Source: Bacteroidota bacterium
Lineage (GTDB): Bacteria; Bacteroidota; Ignavibacteria; UBA10030; UBA8401
Direction of reading: 5' to 3'
DNA length: 64,000 nucleotides
Assembly (NCBI GenBank): GCA_049578505.1
Contig: JBAUMC010000096.1
Location: 26,693 to 90,692 of the forward strand
The translations under genes were made by a program, and so were the position numbers. Shown in pieces: positions 38,084 to 47,862 of the stretch. Position 1 is the stretch's first letter; each line of letters starts with the position of its first letter. The notes under the pieces were generated by a model. That model was not told the origin of the DNA and ran no database searches. It saw nothing but the letters and a program-made list of their open reading frames with translations.

Positions 38084-40402
38084 ATGAGAATTCTCATCGC
38101 AATAATTTGTATCTTATCTTCACTTTCAGCACAACCGAAGGTTGTTGAGTACCATGCTTATTCATCATCCTCACCATCTTCTATGAACGACACCTATCCT
38201 CATTCCGGTGGAACGCTATTCCTCAATTTGATTTGGCATCAACATCAACCGCTCTATCTCGACCCGCAAAGTGATCAACTCCAGGGTCCATGGGTTCGCA
38301 CGCATGGGACAAAAGATTATTACGACATGGCGTCGATTCTGGAACAATATCCGAACGTCCACTACAATGTAAACCTTACCTCCTCACTCCTTTTCCAGCT
38401 TGAAAAATACTATGTCGACAGGCTTCGTCCGTTTGTCGATGTGAAAAAGAATCGCGTTGACACGGGAGGTTTTTTCGCAGAGTGGAAAGGGAAGACGGAC
38501 CCATGGATTGACCTGGCGTTAAAACCGACAAAAGATTTCGATTCTCTGGACTTAAATTTTCTTTTGTACAATATCTGGAACGCCTTCGGGATCAGCGAAA
38601 TACAGATTCTCCGGTTTCCTGAATATGCTTTGTTGAAGGAAAAATATTCGCGGAAGGGGAAATTTTCTGAGCAGGAATTGCGGAACATCAAGTTCTGGTT
38701 CTACCTGGCGCACTTTGACCCTGATTTTTTGGAAAAAAGAGTTCAGCTCTCGGATGGAACAACAATTGACCTTACGGATTTGGTTGAGAAACGGAGCGAT
38801 GGAAAATATTATCTCAAAAAAGCGATTACCGAAAATGATTGTAATCGCATCGTTGCGGAAGCGTTTAAGGTTCTTTCCAACATCATTCCCATCCACAAAA
38901 AGTTAATGTATCACCCTTCGAGTCATGAGGGACAAATTGAAGTTGCGACAACGCCGTTTTTCCATCCGATTCTTCCACTAATTTTTGATACCGATCTCGC
39001 AAAGGTGTGCCAGCCGAATGATACGTTGCCCAGCCGCTTTCATTATCCGCAGGACGCGAATGCGCAGGTCGCGAAAGCTATTGAATACTACACCGAAAAA
39101 TTCGGACAGGCCCCGGCGGGGATGTGGCCGGGAGAAGGATCTGTTGCGCAGGAGATCATTCCGCTATTCGGCAGAAATGGAATCCGCTGGATTGCGACTG
39201 ATGAAAAAATTCTTGCGCGTTCTAAGCCCCACAATCAACCGAAATTTTTCCCGTACGGCGTCTATGCGAACGGGAAAGAAAACGATTCGGTCGTTGTTGT
39301 TTTCCGCGACACGCAATTGTCGGATAAGATCGGTTTCACCTACCAGAATTTTCGGGGAGAAGACGCAGCCGATGACTTCATAAAAAGCATTTTGCAGTAT
39401 GCCCCCAAAGAAGGAGAACCTGACCGTCTACTGACGGTGATTCTTGACGGAGAGAATGCGTGGGAATGGTATCGATTGGATAACAATGGGAAAGGTTTTT
39501 TGCATGCCCTGTATAGAAAATTGAGCGCGCTGTATGAGACGAAGCAAGTGATTTCGGTTACGATGACGGAATACATGCAGGGCAATCCGAAACGCGGCGT
39601 TTCTCCTCATCCGATATCTTCAATGCGAAAGCTTGATTGGTTGTACCCTGGTTCGTGGATTAATGCAAATTTTGATACGTGGATCGGCGAAGACGAGGAG
39701 AATCGGGCATGGGATTATTTGCTCGTTGCTCGGCAAGACTTAGGGCGTTCGGGCTTAAGCCAACCGGACCCAAAGGCGCCCGAACCAAAAGCGGGAACGA
39801 AAGAGTTCTTTGCGTACAAAGCATGGGAAGAGATGTACGCCGCGGAAGGTTCAGACTGGTTCTGGTGGTATGGTACAGACCAAACGGCTCCGGCCGGAGA
39901 TAAGCCGTTTGACATCGCATATATCACACACTTAAAAAATATCTATACCTTCGCACGTCAGGCGAAGGGCACCATGCCTCAGAGGGAATTTAAAGAAATC
40001 ATTCTTGAAGACCAAAAACCTACGGCACATCCATCTCAGGGGACAATGGTTCAAAGCAGCAAGTCTGATTCCGTCTCGGTATTGTTTCAGTGCGATGCCC
40101 ACAATATGTACGTCCGCAAAGGCATTTTCATCGTAGGTAATCAGGACCAACTCGGAAATTGGAACCCCAACACGGTGAGGATGTACGACGATGGAACGCA
40201 CGGGGACCAGCAGCAAAGCGACAGCATATGGACGATCGAGCTGAGATTTCCGGTTGGAACAGAACTCCAGTACAAATTCACCAACAGCGGTCCGAGCGGC
40301 CAATGGAATCCCGGCGAGGAATTTCCTTCTGGCAATCGAAAAATATTTTTGGACGGATCAACCGACAAAGTCGTTCTTACAGATAAGTTTGGAAAAATCT
40401 GA
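38084..40402 (+). CDS. GH57-family alpha-glucan-active enzyme with a C-terminal CBM20-like domain
   Basis: Signal peptide. Contains LIWHQHQPLY, VRTHGTKDYYDMA, ATTPFFHPILPL, GMWPGEGSV, WIATDE and ILDGENAWEWY. C-terminus VGNQDQLGNWNP...ELQYKF. Confidence 0.85.
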   Translation: MRILIAIICILSSLSAQPKVVEYHAYSSSSPSSMNDTYPHSGGTLFLNLIWHQHQPLYLDPQSDQLQGPWVRTHGTKDYYDMASILEQYPNVHYNVNLTSSLLFQLEKYYVDRLRPFVDVKKNRVDTGGFFAEWKGKTDPWIDLALKPTKDFDSLDLNFLLYNIWNAFGISEIQILRFPEYALLKEKYSRKGKFSEQELRNIKFWFYLAHFDPDFLEKRVQLSDGTTIDLTDLVEKRSDGKYYLKKAITENDCNRIVAEAFKVLSNIIPIHKKLMYHPSSHEGQIEVATTPFFHPILPLIFDTDLAKVCQPNDTLPSRFHYPQDANAQVAKAIEYYTEKFGQAPAGMWPGEGSVAQEIIPLFGRNGIRWIATDEKILARSKPHNQPKFFPYGVYANGKENDSVVVVFRDTQLSDKIGFTYQNFRGEDAADDFIKSILQYAPKEGEPDRLLTVILDGENAWEWYRLDNNGKGFLHALYRKLSALYETKQVISVTMTEYMQGNPKRGVSPHPISSMRKLDWLYPGSWINANFDTWIGEDEENRAWDYLLVARQDLGRSGLSQPDPKAPEPKAGTKEFFAYKAWEEMYAAEGSDWFWWYGTDQTAPAGDKPFDIAYITHLKNIYTFARQAKGTMPQREFKEIILEDQKPTAHPSQGTMVQSSKSDSVSVLFQCDAHNMYVRKGIFIVGNQDQLGNWNPNTVRMYDDGTHGDQQQSDSIWTIELRFPVGTELQYKFTNSGPSGQWNPGEEFPSGNRKIFLDGSTDKVVLTDKFGKI

Positions 40403-40460
40403 ACGGCGGTCAAGATAAATGCTGCTGACTACTCACCAATAAGGCTGGACAAGTTCATCC

Positions 40461-41753
40461 ATGCTTCAGATTCAAAAAAACCTCTCCCGTCCATTCTACG
40501 CTATCGTCAGTTTGCCGTCGACTGCAATGGGATTCGCACTCTCCATTCAGATTTCGGCCCTCAGTTGGCTTTTAACGACAAAGTACAATCTTGACATTCA
40601 TGAGGTCGGAATCGTCTGGGCGGCAGGACCGCTCGCGGGAATTTTTGGACAGGTGATCATCGGCTTCATCAGCGACAAGGTTTGGTTTTGGGGAGGACGG
40701 AGACGGCCTTTTATATTGATTGGAGGTGTGTTAGCAGCCTCGATGCTTCTTGCGCTCCCAAACATCGATAGTATCCGATCTTTCTTCGGCATCGAGAGTC
40801 TCCTCGGCGTTGCAATAGTTGTAGCGCTCACGCTCGATCTGGCGATCAATATCAGCTTCAACCCGACGCGGTCAGTCATCGCCGATGTCACTCCTGAAGG
40901 GAATCCTCGTACAAAGGGCTATACCTGGATGCAAACCATCTCCGGATTCTTCGGAGTTCTCGCATATGTCATCGGTGCACTCTTCGGCAACTATGTTCTC
41001 ATTTATCTTGGTGTCTTCATCGTCTTACTCTTTTCCATCATACCTGTATTCTTGATCACCGAAAAGAGAGCGTTGACAGAGTCGGAAATAACTCCGCTTG
41101 AAGGCGCGGCGCAGAAGGTCGAATCGACGACAAACTGGGGGCAGCTCATCCGTTTATACACGGCACATGCGTTGTCCTGGATCGGCGTGCAAACAATGTT
41201 TGTGTACATCATCGCTTACATCCAACAAAAATTTGTTTCCGATCCCAACGGCTCAGCTCTTTTTTCAGGGCAAGTTATTGCTGTTGCTTTTGCCGTATTG
41301 AACACCGTCGGATTCGTACTGCCAGGTTTCGTTCTCGAACCTATCGCAGAGAAAACCGGCCGCGTAAGAACGCATTTAACATGTGTGGCGATAATGGCAA
41401 TCGGCTATTTTCTTATCGCTTTTTTTGGAAACGCTCCGTTTGTTCTTTACGCGCTCATGGCGATTGTCGGGGTAGGATGGGGTTCAATCGTGAGCTTGCC
41501 TTTTGCTATCATGTCAGAGAATGTGCAGAAAAGCCGCATGGGATTCTTCATGGGTATCTTTAATCTCTCCGTGGTTCTGCCACAACTTTTTGTGAGTATC
41601 GGGCTTGGCATGATCATCCAACACGCCGCGAACAAGAATATCATCTTCATCATCAGTGGTACTGCTGTGGCTCTCTCCGCGTTGTTCTGGTCCTTCGTCA
41701 AAGAGGAAAAGCGAGACAGGATTAGCGCAATCTTGACCGAGGGGGCGCATTGA
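40461..41753 (+). CDS. SLC45/GPH-like MFS sugar transporter
   Basis: 12 TM segments, with ISDKVWFWGGRRRPFILIGG (the GRRRP motif of SLC45/sucrose-maltose type carriers). Confidence 0.7.
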   Translation: MLQIQKNLSRPFYAIVSLPSTAMGFALSIQISALSWLLTTKYNLDIHEVGIVWAAGPLAGIFGQVIIGFISDKVWFWGGRRRPFILIGGVLAASMLLALPNIDSIRSFFGIESLLGVAIVVALTLDLAINISFNPTRSVIADVTPEGNPRTKGYTWMQTISGFFGVLAYVIGALFGNYVLIYLGVFIVLLFSIIPVFLITEKRALTESEITPLEGAAQKVESTTNWGQLIRLYTAHALSWIGVQTMFVYIIAYIQQKFVSDPNGSALFSGQVIAVAFAVLNTVGFVLPGFVLEPIAEKTGRVRTHLTCVAIMAIGYFLIAFFGNAPFVLYALMAIVGVGWGSIVSLPFAIMSENVQKSRMGFFMGIFNLSVVLPQLFVSIGLGMIIQHAANKNIIFIISGTAVALSALFWSFVKEEKRDRISAILTEGAH

Positions 41754-41782
41754 ATAAGTTTGCCGCTCGACTATCCGCGATC

Positions 41783-43036
41783 ATGAAAAGAAAGTCTCCT
41801 CAAGTTTCCCTTTTTTCATTATTTGCTGTTTGTATTGTAGTTGGCTGCCTTTCCGGCTGCGCTCCGAAAAACGATGGGAAGATCCGAATCACCATTTGGC
41901 ACCAGGACAGAATCGACATCCGCGTCGTGCTTGAAGCACAGCTTCAGAAATTCATGAAACTTCATCCTGAAGTAGAGGTGGAGCAGCTTTTTAAAGAGAC
42001 CGAAGAGCTTCGTTCCGGTTTCATCATCGCCGCAATTGCGGGGCAGGGGCCCGAGATTGTCTATGGACCTGCAGATCAGGTCGGACCGTTTCAGGTAATG
42101 GATATCATACTCCCCCTCGAAAACCTTTTTGATAAATCTTACCTTGACCAGTTTGACCCCAAAGCGTTAACATACTACAAGGGCCATCTCTATCAGATTG
42201 CCGACAAACTCGGTAATCATTTGACGCTCGTGTACAATAAAAAATTAGTTCCGAGACCGCCTACCACCGATAAGGAACTTATCGCTATCGGAAAGAACCT
42301 TACTCGAGACCTTGACGGTGACGGAAGGCCGGACCAGTATGGGCTGGCATGGAACTACACCGAACCTTTCTTCTTCATTCCATTTATGACGGGTTTCGGC
42401 GGATGGATTATGGACGACAGCAGCAACCCTACGTTGAATAATCAAGGGACAATCGACGGCCTGAAATTCATCAAAGACCTGCGCGACAAATACAAGATAA
42501 TTCCCAATGAGGCTGACTACGAAATTGCCGACGGCCTTTTCAAGGACGGGAAGGTGGGGATGATTATTAACGGTGATTGGTCTTGGTCAGGGTATGAAAA
42601 GGCAGGCATCGATTTTGGCGTTGCACCTCTACCAAAGATCACCAAAACCGGTCTCTGGTGCGGGACGATGGTTTCTCCAAAAGGGTTCTCGATCAACGCG
42701 AACATCTCCGAGGGAAAAAAGAAATGGGCAATTGAATTAATCAAGTTTCTTACCTCCGATGAGAACGAGCTTGAGGCTGCGACCATCCTCCATACGATGC
42801 CGACGAAGAAATCGGTCTTGGCAAGCGATTTCGTGAAGACGAATACGATTATGAGAAATTCGCAGATCGCCATCGAGCATGGCCGTGAGATGCCGGTTGT
42901 ACCGCAACTGAGAGCGATCTGGGATGCAATGAGGCCAAGTTACCAGGCGGTGTTGGGAGGCTACAAGTCGGCGGAACAGGCGGCAAGCGACATGCAGAGC
43001 GATGCGTTGAGGAAAATTAAAGAGATGAACGAATGA
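41783..43036 (+). CDS. Sugar ABC transporter substrate-binding lipoprotein (MalE-like, CUT1)
   Basis: Lipobox (VVGCLSGC), and periplasmic binding protein family 1 features (ITIWHQ..., INGDWSWSGY). The TTG at 41750 is an alternative start. Confidence 0.8.
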   Translation: MKRKSPQVSLFSLFAVCIVVGCLSGCAPKNDGKIRITIWHQDRIDIRVVLEAQLQKFMKLHPEVEVEQLFKETEELRSGFIIAAIAGQGPEIVYGPADQVGPFQVMDIILPLENLFDKSYLDQFDPKALTYYKGHLYQIADKLGNHLTLVYNKKLVPRPPTTDKELIAIGKNLTRDLDGDGRPDQYGLAWNYTEPFFFIPFMTGFGGWIMDDSSNPTLNNQGTIDGLKFIKDLRDKYKIIPNEADYEIADGLFKDGKVGMIINGDWSWSGYEKAGIDFGVAPLPKITKTGLWCGTMVSPKGFSINANISEGKKKWAIELIKFLTSDENELEAATILHTMPTKKSVLASDFVKTNTIMRNSQIAIEHGREMPVVPQLRAIWDAMRPSYQAVLGGYKSAEQAASDMQSDALRKIKEMNE

Positions 43037-43935
43037 CAAGCCAAACGTTGAAAGCGAAAGCATTCGTCTGGTTCCTGGTTGCACCGGCATTCCTGGTGCT
43101 CGTCGGTGTCGTCATCTATCCGTTTATTTTCAACATCGTCATTTCTCTTTCGAATATGAGCCTTACTCATATTCGGGATTGGCATCTCGTCGGGTTCAAA
43201 CAATATGTGAAAGTATTTACTGAAGAGTCGAAGCCGAATTTTTACGATGTTTTTCTCAAAACAATAATATGGACCGTTGTAAATCTTTTTTTCCATGTTG
43301 TGATTGGGGTAACTCTGGCACTCCTTTTAAATCAAAAAGAAATTCGGGGGAAGGCGATTTTTCGAACCATTCTGGTGTTGCCTTGGGCCGTTCCCCAGCT
43401 CATTGTCGCTCTCACGTGGAGGGGGATGTTCAATTATGAATACGGTTCCATCAACCTCATGTTGACGCAGTGGTTCGGGCTGCCTGCAGTTCAATGGTTG
43501 AAAAGCCCGATTGAAACGTTTGTTGCCGTTATCATTACCAACGTGTGGCTCGGATTTCCGTTTATGATGATTATTGCCCTCGGTGCGCTGCAGAGTATTC
43601 CTCACGAGCTCTACGAGGCCGCTGAAATGGACGGAGCATCGTGGTTCCATAAACTGAAAAACATCACGATTCCGCTCATTCGGCCCGTGATGGTGCCAGC
43701 CATCACGCTCGGGACGATCTGGACGTTTAACAATTTGAATATAGTCTGGCTCGTGAGCAACGCCGGTGAGCCGTCGGATCAAACCCACCTTCTCGTGTCG
43801 TTCGTATATAAGGCGGCGTTCAATTTTTACAGATACGGATACGGAGCTGCGCTATCGATGGTGATTTTCTTCATCCTCTTGGCGTTCAGCCTGACGTTCA
43901 TGCGCAGTACTAAAGCGACTGAAGCGGCATACTAG
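43033..43935 (+). CDS. Sugar ABC transporter permease (MalF-like)
   Basis: Six TM segments and an EAA loop (ELYEAAEMDGASWFHKLKNITIPL). ATGA overlap with the binding-protein gene. Confidence 0.88.
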   Translation: MTSQTLKAKAFVWFLVAPAFLVLVGVVIYPFIFNIVISLSNMSLTHIRDWHLVGFKQYVKVFTEESKPNFYDVFLKTIIWTVVNLFFHVVIGVTLALLLNQKEIRGKAIFRTILVLPWAVPQLIVALTWRGMFNYEYGSINLMLTQWFGLPAVQWLKSPIETFVAVIITNVWLGFPFMMIIALGALQSIPHELYEAAEMDGASWFHKLKNITIPLIRPVMVPAITLGTIWTFNNLNIVWLVSNAGEPSDQTHLLVSFVYKAAFNFYRYGYGAALSMVIFFILLAFSLTFMRSTKATEAAY

Positions 43936-43977
43936 CATTGTGCCCAAATCCAAATATTATAATTATCAATAAGTCAT

Positions 43978-44060
43978 CCACCGCAAAGGCCGCTAAGGAC
44001 GCGAGGATTTCTTAGCATCTTCATAAAAACTTCTTTGCGACCTTAGCGTCCTCTGTGGTT
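43978..44060. repeat. About 83-nt imperfect long hairpin / MITE-like element between the two permease genes
   Basis: The ends ccaccgcaaaggccgctaaggacgc and gcgaccttagcgtcctctgtgg are partly complementary (ccac/gtgg, cgctaagg/ccttagcg). It interrupts an otherwise tightly packed operon. Confidence 0.45.
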
Positions 44061-44110
44061 TTAAGAAAAGATTTAATACCGGATACGACTATAGACTCTA
44101 TGCATATCTT

Positions 44111-44953
44111 ATGAAAGATGAAAAAAAGAAAACATACGTTAGGGTTGCGGTAACATATCTCGTGTTGATTCTGTTTTGTATAATTGCGCTGTACCCTGTC
44201 TCCCAGATCTTCACTATCTCTCTTCGTCCTGCTGACAGGCTAATGTCCACGTCGCTCGAGATCATCCCGAAGGATGCATCGCTGAGAAATTACAAGGATC
44301 TCTTCACCGAACGCCCATTTGTCCTCTGGCTTATGAACAGCACGTTCGTAGCATTTGCTGTGACCCTTACCGGCGTCGCCCTTGCCTCGACAGCCGGCTA
44401 TGCCTTTTCACGATTCAATTTTATCGGAAAGAAATTGGGCCTGTTGAGTCTTCTTGTGACGCAAATGTTTCCCGCCACGATGCTTCTGCTTCCGATGTAC
44501 ATTATGCTCGTCAAGCTCCATCTCATTAATTCCTACTTGGGTATCATCATTATGTACTCAGCCACAGCCCTGCCGTTCTGTGTCTGGCAAATGAAGGGGT
44601 ATTACGATACGATTCCGACGAGCCTGGAAGAAGCGGGGCGGATCGATGGCTGCAATCGTTTTCAGACTTTTTACAAGATTATTTTACCCCTTGCCTCTCC
44701 GGCGCTGGTTATCACAGCCCTTTTCTCTTTCATGTCGGCGTGGACCGAATACGTTGTCGCCGCCCAGATCCTTCAGGATACACAAATGTGGACACTCCCG
44801 TTAGGATTGAAGTCGTTCGAGTCGAATATGGGGTCCGAATGGGGGCTTTACGGTGCAGCTTCAATGATTGTTACAATACCCGTTGTCGTCCTCTTCCTTT
44901 CGCTGAGCAGATGGCTTGTCTCGGGATTGACACTCGGCAGTGTAAAAGGATAG
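44111..44953 (+). CDS. Sugar ABC transporter permease (MalG-like)
   Basis: Six TM segments and an EAA loop (SLEEAGRIDGCNRFQTFYKIILPLASP). Confidence 0.88.
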   Translation: MKDEKKKTYVRVAVTYLVLILFCIIALYPVSQIFTISLRPADRLMSTSLEIIPKDASLRNYKDLFTERPFVLWLMNSTFVAFAVTLTGVALASTAGYAFSRFNFIGKKLGLLSLLVTQMFPATMLLLPMYIMLVKLHLINSYLGIIIMYSATALPFCVWQMKGYYDTIPTSLEEAGRIDGCNRFQTFYKIILPLASPALVITALFSFMSAWTEYVVAAQILQDTQMWTLPLGLKSFESNMGSEWGLYGAASMIVTIPVVVLFLSLSRWLVSGLTLGSVKG

Positions 44954-45063
44954 TTCTTCGACATTAACTGTCGGCACCGGGTGTGCAAGATCTCGATGTG
45001 TCGAGACAATGATGAGGTTAGTCAAGAAGGTGGTCGACAGCAACTCAAATCTGAGAGAATACT

Positions 45064-46365
45064 ATGAAGAAGCCGTCGTTAAATTTCTGGCAAGTGTGGA
45101 ACATGAGTTTCGGATTTCTCGGCATCCAGTTCGGGTTCGCTCTGCAGAATGCAAATGTCAGCAGGATATTTGAAACGCTGGGAGCTAACGTCGCGGATAT
45201 TCCGATTCTCTGGATAGCTGCTCCGGCAACGGGTCTGCTCGTTCAGCCGATCATCGGTTACCTGAGCGATCGAACATGGAACCGGCTCGGCAGGAGGAGA
45301 CCTTATTTCCTCACGGGTGCGGTACTTGCTACAACTGCACTTCTCATCATGCCGAATTCCCCCGTGTTGTGGGTTGCGGCAGGAATGTTGTGGATACTCG
45401 ATGCATCGATTAATGTTTCGATGGAACCCTTTCGTGCGCTTGTTGCCGATCTCCTTCCTTCCGAACAACGAACTACTGGATTTGCAGTCCAAAGCTTTTT
45501 CATCGGGACCGGGGCAGTTATAGCATCTGCCCTGCCATACATTTTTACAAACTGGATCGGCGTCAGCAACATAGCGCCAAAGGGGGAAATTCCGAGTTCG
45601 GTTCTCTATTCTTTTTATGCAGGGGCAGTTGCGTTTATCACAGCAGTGAGCTGGACTGTTTTTCGCACGAAAGAGTATCCCCCAGAAAACCTGGAAGAAT
45701 TCAATCGTAAAAAAACGGAGCAAAAGGGAACACTCGAATTAGCAAAAGGGATATTGGGTAGTCTGAAAGAAATGCCCCAAACGATGATTCAGCTTGCCGT
45801 GGTTCAGTTCTTTTCTTGGTTCGCCCTTTTTGCCATGTGGATATATACAACGTCGGCTGTAACGAGTCATATCTATCACGCCACGGACCCGACGACACCA
45901 CTCTTCAACGAAGGGGCGGATTGGGTTGGAGTCCTCTTCGCCGCATACAACGGCTTCGCGGCACTCGCTGCGTTCTTGCTTCCAGTTATTGCAAAGAAGA
46001 CGAGCAGGAAAACCGTCCATATGATAAGCCTCTTTTGCGGTGGATTGGGCCTTATCTCGTTTCTATTCATTCACACACCCGGGCTTCTTCTGTTATCGAT
46101 GGTAGGAGTAGGTTTAGCGTGGGCGAGCATCCTTTCGATGCCATATGCAATTCTTGCCGGATCCCTTCCGTCAGCGAGGATGGGGGTCTACATGGGGATA
46201 TTCAATTTCTTCATCGTAATCCCGCAGATTACGGCAGCAGGGATCCTCGGGTTTGTCATGCGGACATTGCTGGGGAACGAGGCGATTTATGCGCTCGTTC
46301 TTGGAGGCGCATCGATGATCGTAGGCGGTGTTCTGGTTCTCTGGGTAAAAGATATTGATGCATGA
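45064..46365 (+). CDS. SLC45/GPH-like MFS sugar transporter (paralogue of 40461-41753)
   Basis: LSDRTWNRLGRRRPYFLTG, and overall collinearity with the first MFS. Confidence 0.7.
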   Translation: MKKPSLNFWQVWNMSFGFLGIQFGFALQNANVSRIFETLGANVADIPILWIAAPATGLLVQPIIGYLSDRTWNRLGRRRPYFLTGAVLATTALLIMPNSPVLWVAAGMLWILDASINVSMEPFRALVADLLPSEQRTTGFAVQSFFIGTGAVIASALPYIFTNWIGVSNIAPKGEIPSSVLYSFYAGAVAFITAVSWTVFRTKEYPPENLEEFNRKKTEQKGTLELAKGILGSLKEMPQTMIQLAVVQFFSWFALFAMWIYTTSAVTSHIYHATDPTTPLFNEGADWVGVLFAAYNGFAALAAFLLPVIAKKTSRKTVHMISLFCGGLGLISFLFIHTPGLLLLSMVGVGLAWASILSMPYAILAGSLPSARMGVYMGIFNFFIVIPQITAAGILGFVMRTLLGNEAIYALVLGGASMIVGGVLVLWVKDIDA

Positions 46366-46416
46366 GCATGATCGGCAACGAAGAAATTGTTGTAGAGAAA
46401 TTGCAATTGCTGGTAA

Positions 46417-46445
46417 TTGAAAAAGACTCTATTCTTCTTTATATT
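46417..46445 (+). promoter_or_regulatory. Putative sigma70-type promoter
   Basis: TTGAAA, a 17-nt spacer, then TATATT, ending 22 nt before the ATG at 46468. This argues against the TTG 46417 ORF start. Confidence 0.4.
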
Positions 46446-46467
46446 GTTGCACATTGAAAGGCTCCCG

Positions 46468-47862
46468 ATGAAATTTTTGACTTTTTTTGCATCGATTTTT
46501 CTTACCGCATCCGTCGTATCGTTAGGGTCGCCGACCGCAGACGCCCAGTCTCGTTTCCATGTTGCAATAGATGTCGCGCGGTATCGGGGCGATTCCACGA
46601 AGGAGTATGTCGAGGTCTACTATTCGTTCGACGTATCGAAACTTAAATTTACAAGGAAGGATTCCGCGTTAGATGCTGAAGCGGTGATCAATATTTTTTT
46701 CAAGCGTTCATCGAACGATTCAGTGGTTGCCCGGCAGTTGTGGAAGATTCCGTTTAGTGCAGGCGATTCGTCGGAGCTGCAATCCTCCCATTCTTACGTT
46801 GATGCGCTTGGATTCTTTTTAGAGCCGGACTTGTATCGGTTATATGTTGTTGGCGGACAGACGAACAATTGGTCGGCACGCGATAGCTTCTCGGTCCCGA
46901 TCGACCTGAAGCCGGTTGAGAATAAGCAGATTTCTCTCAGCGACATTGAGTTATGCAATTCGATTGTTTCTGTAGGAAAAGACTCGGTGGGCCGGCTTAT
47001 CAAAAATACATACGAAGTAAAACCGAATCCTTCGAGGATTTACGGAGCCGAGCAGCCGGTTGTTTTTTACTACCTTGAGGCATATAATCTCTTGAAGAAC
47101 AAGTCGCCGAACTATTACACAAAAGTGACGCTGACGAATTCGCTCGGCAAAGAGGTCATAACCCGTCAACGGATCAAAAATCGAGTGAACGAATCAAACG
47201 TCGAGGTAGGCGCGATACAAGTGAATACGTTGAGGACGGGTGCCTATAATTTCAATTTTACAGTTTATGATTCCGTGGACAACTCCAGCTACACATCCCA
47301 AAAAAGGTTGTTCGTTTACAACCCCCAGCTTCCGATGGATTCTTTGACCACGGGGATGGATAATTCGGTGCTGGGGAGTGAATACGCGACGATGACAGAA
47401 TCGGAACTCGACCTTGAGTTTGCGGAAGTCCGGTATATTGCCACCCGCGACGAGCAGTCACAATATAACAATGTCAAAGGTGTCGACGCAAAACGGAAAG
47501 TGCTGTTTGAATTCTGGAAGAGAAGAAATAACGATTTGGAGAATCCGGCTACAGTCCAAAAAACCGAATATTTTAAACGAGTAGATTACGCCAATGAACA
47601 TTTTAGAAGCGGATACAAAGATGGATGGAAGACAGACCGCGGACGGGTGTTCATAGTGTACGGCCCGCCCGATGAAGTCGAGCGGCACGCAAATGAAACC
47701 AATGCAAAACCGTACGAAATCTGGACATATCATTCCATTCAGGGAGGGGTAGAATTTGATTTCGGCGATAAAACAGGCTTAGGGGATTATATGTTGCTTA
47801 ATTCGACGCATAAGGATGAACTGTCCAACCAAAATTGGATGCAGGAATTACAGATTCAATAG
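46468..47862 (+). CDS. GWxTD domain-containing secreted protein
   Basis: Signal peptide MKFLTFFASIFLTASVVSLGSPTADAQ. C-terminal GWKTDRGRVFIVYGPPDEVE...PYEIWTY. Confidence 0.75.
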   Translation: MKFLTFFASIFLTASVVSLGSPTADAQSRFHVAIDVARYRGDSTKEYVEVYYSFDVSKLKFTRKDSALDAEAVINIFFKRSSNDSVVARQLWKIPFSAGDSSELQSSHSYVDALGFFLEPDLYRLYVVGGQTNNWSARDSFSVPIDLKPVENKQISLSDIELCNSIVSVGKDSVGRLIKNTYEVKPNPSRIYGAEQPVVFYYLEAYNLLKNKSPNYYTKVTLTNSLGKEVITRQRIKNRVNESNVEVGAIQVNTLRTGAYNFNFTVYDSVDNSSYTSQKRLFVYNPQLPMDSLTTGMDNSVLGSEYATMTESELDLEFAEVRYIATRDEQSQYNNVKGVDAKRKVLFEFWKRRNNDLENPATVQKTEYFKRVDYANEHFRSGYKDGWKTDRGRVFIVYGPPDEVERHANETNAKPYEIWTYHSIQGGVEFDFGDKTGLGDYMLLNSTHKDELSNQNWMQELQIQ

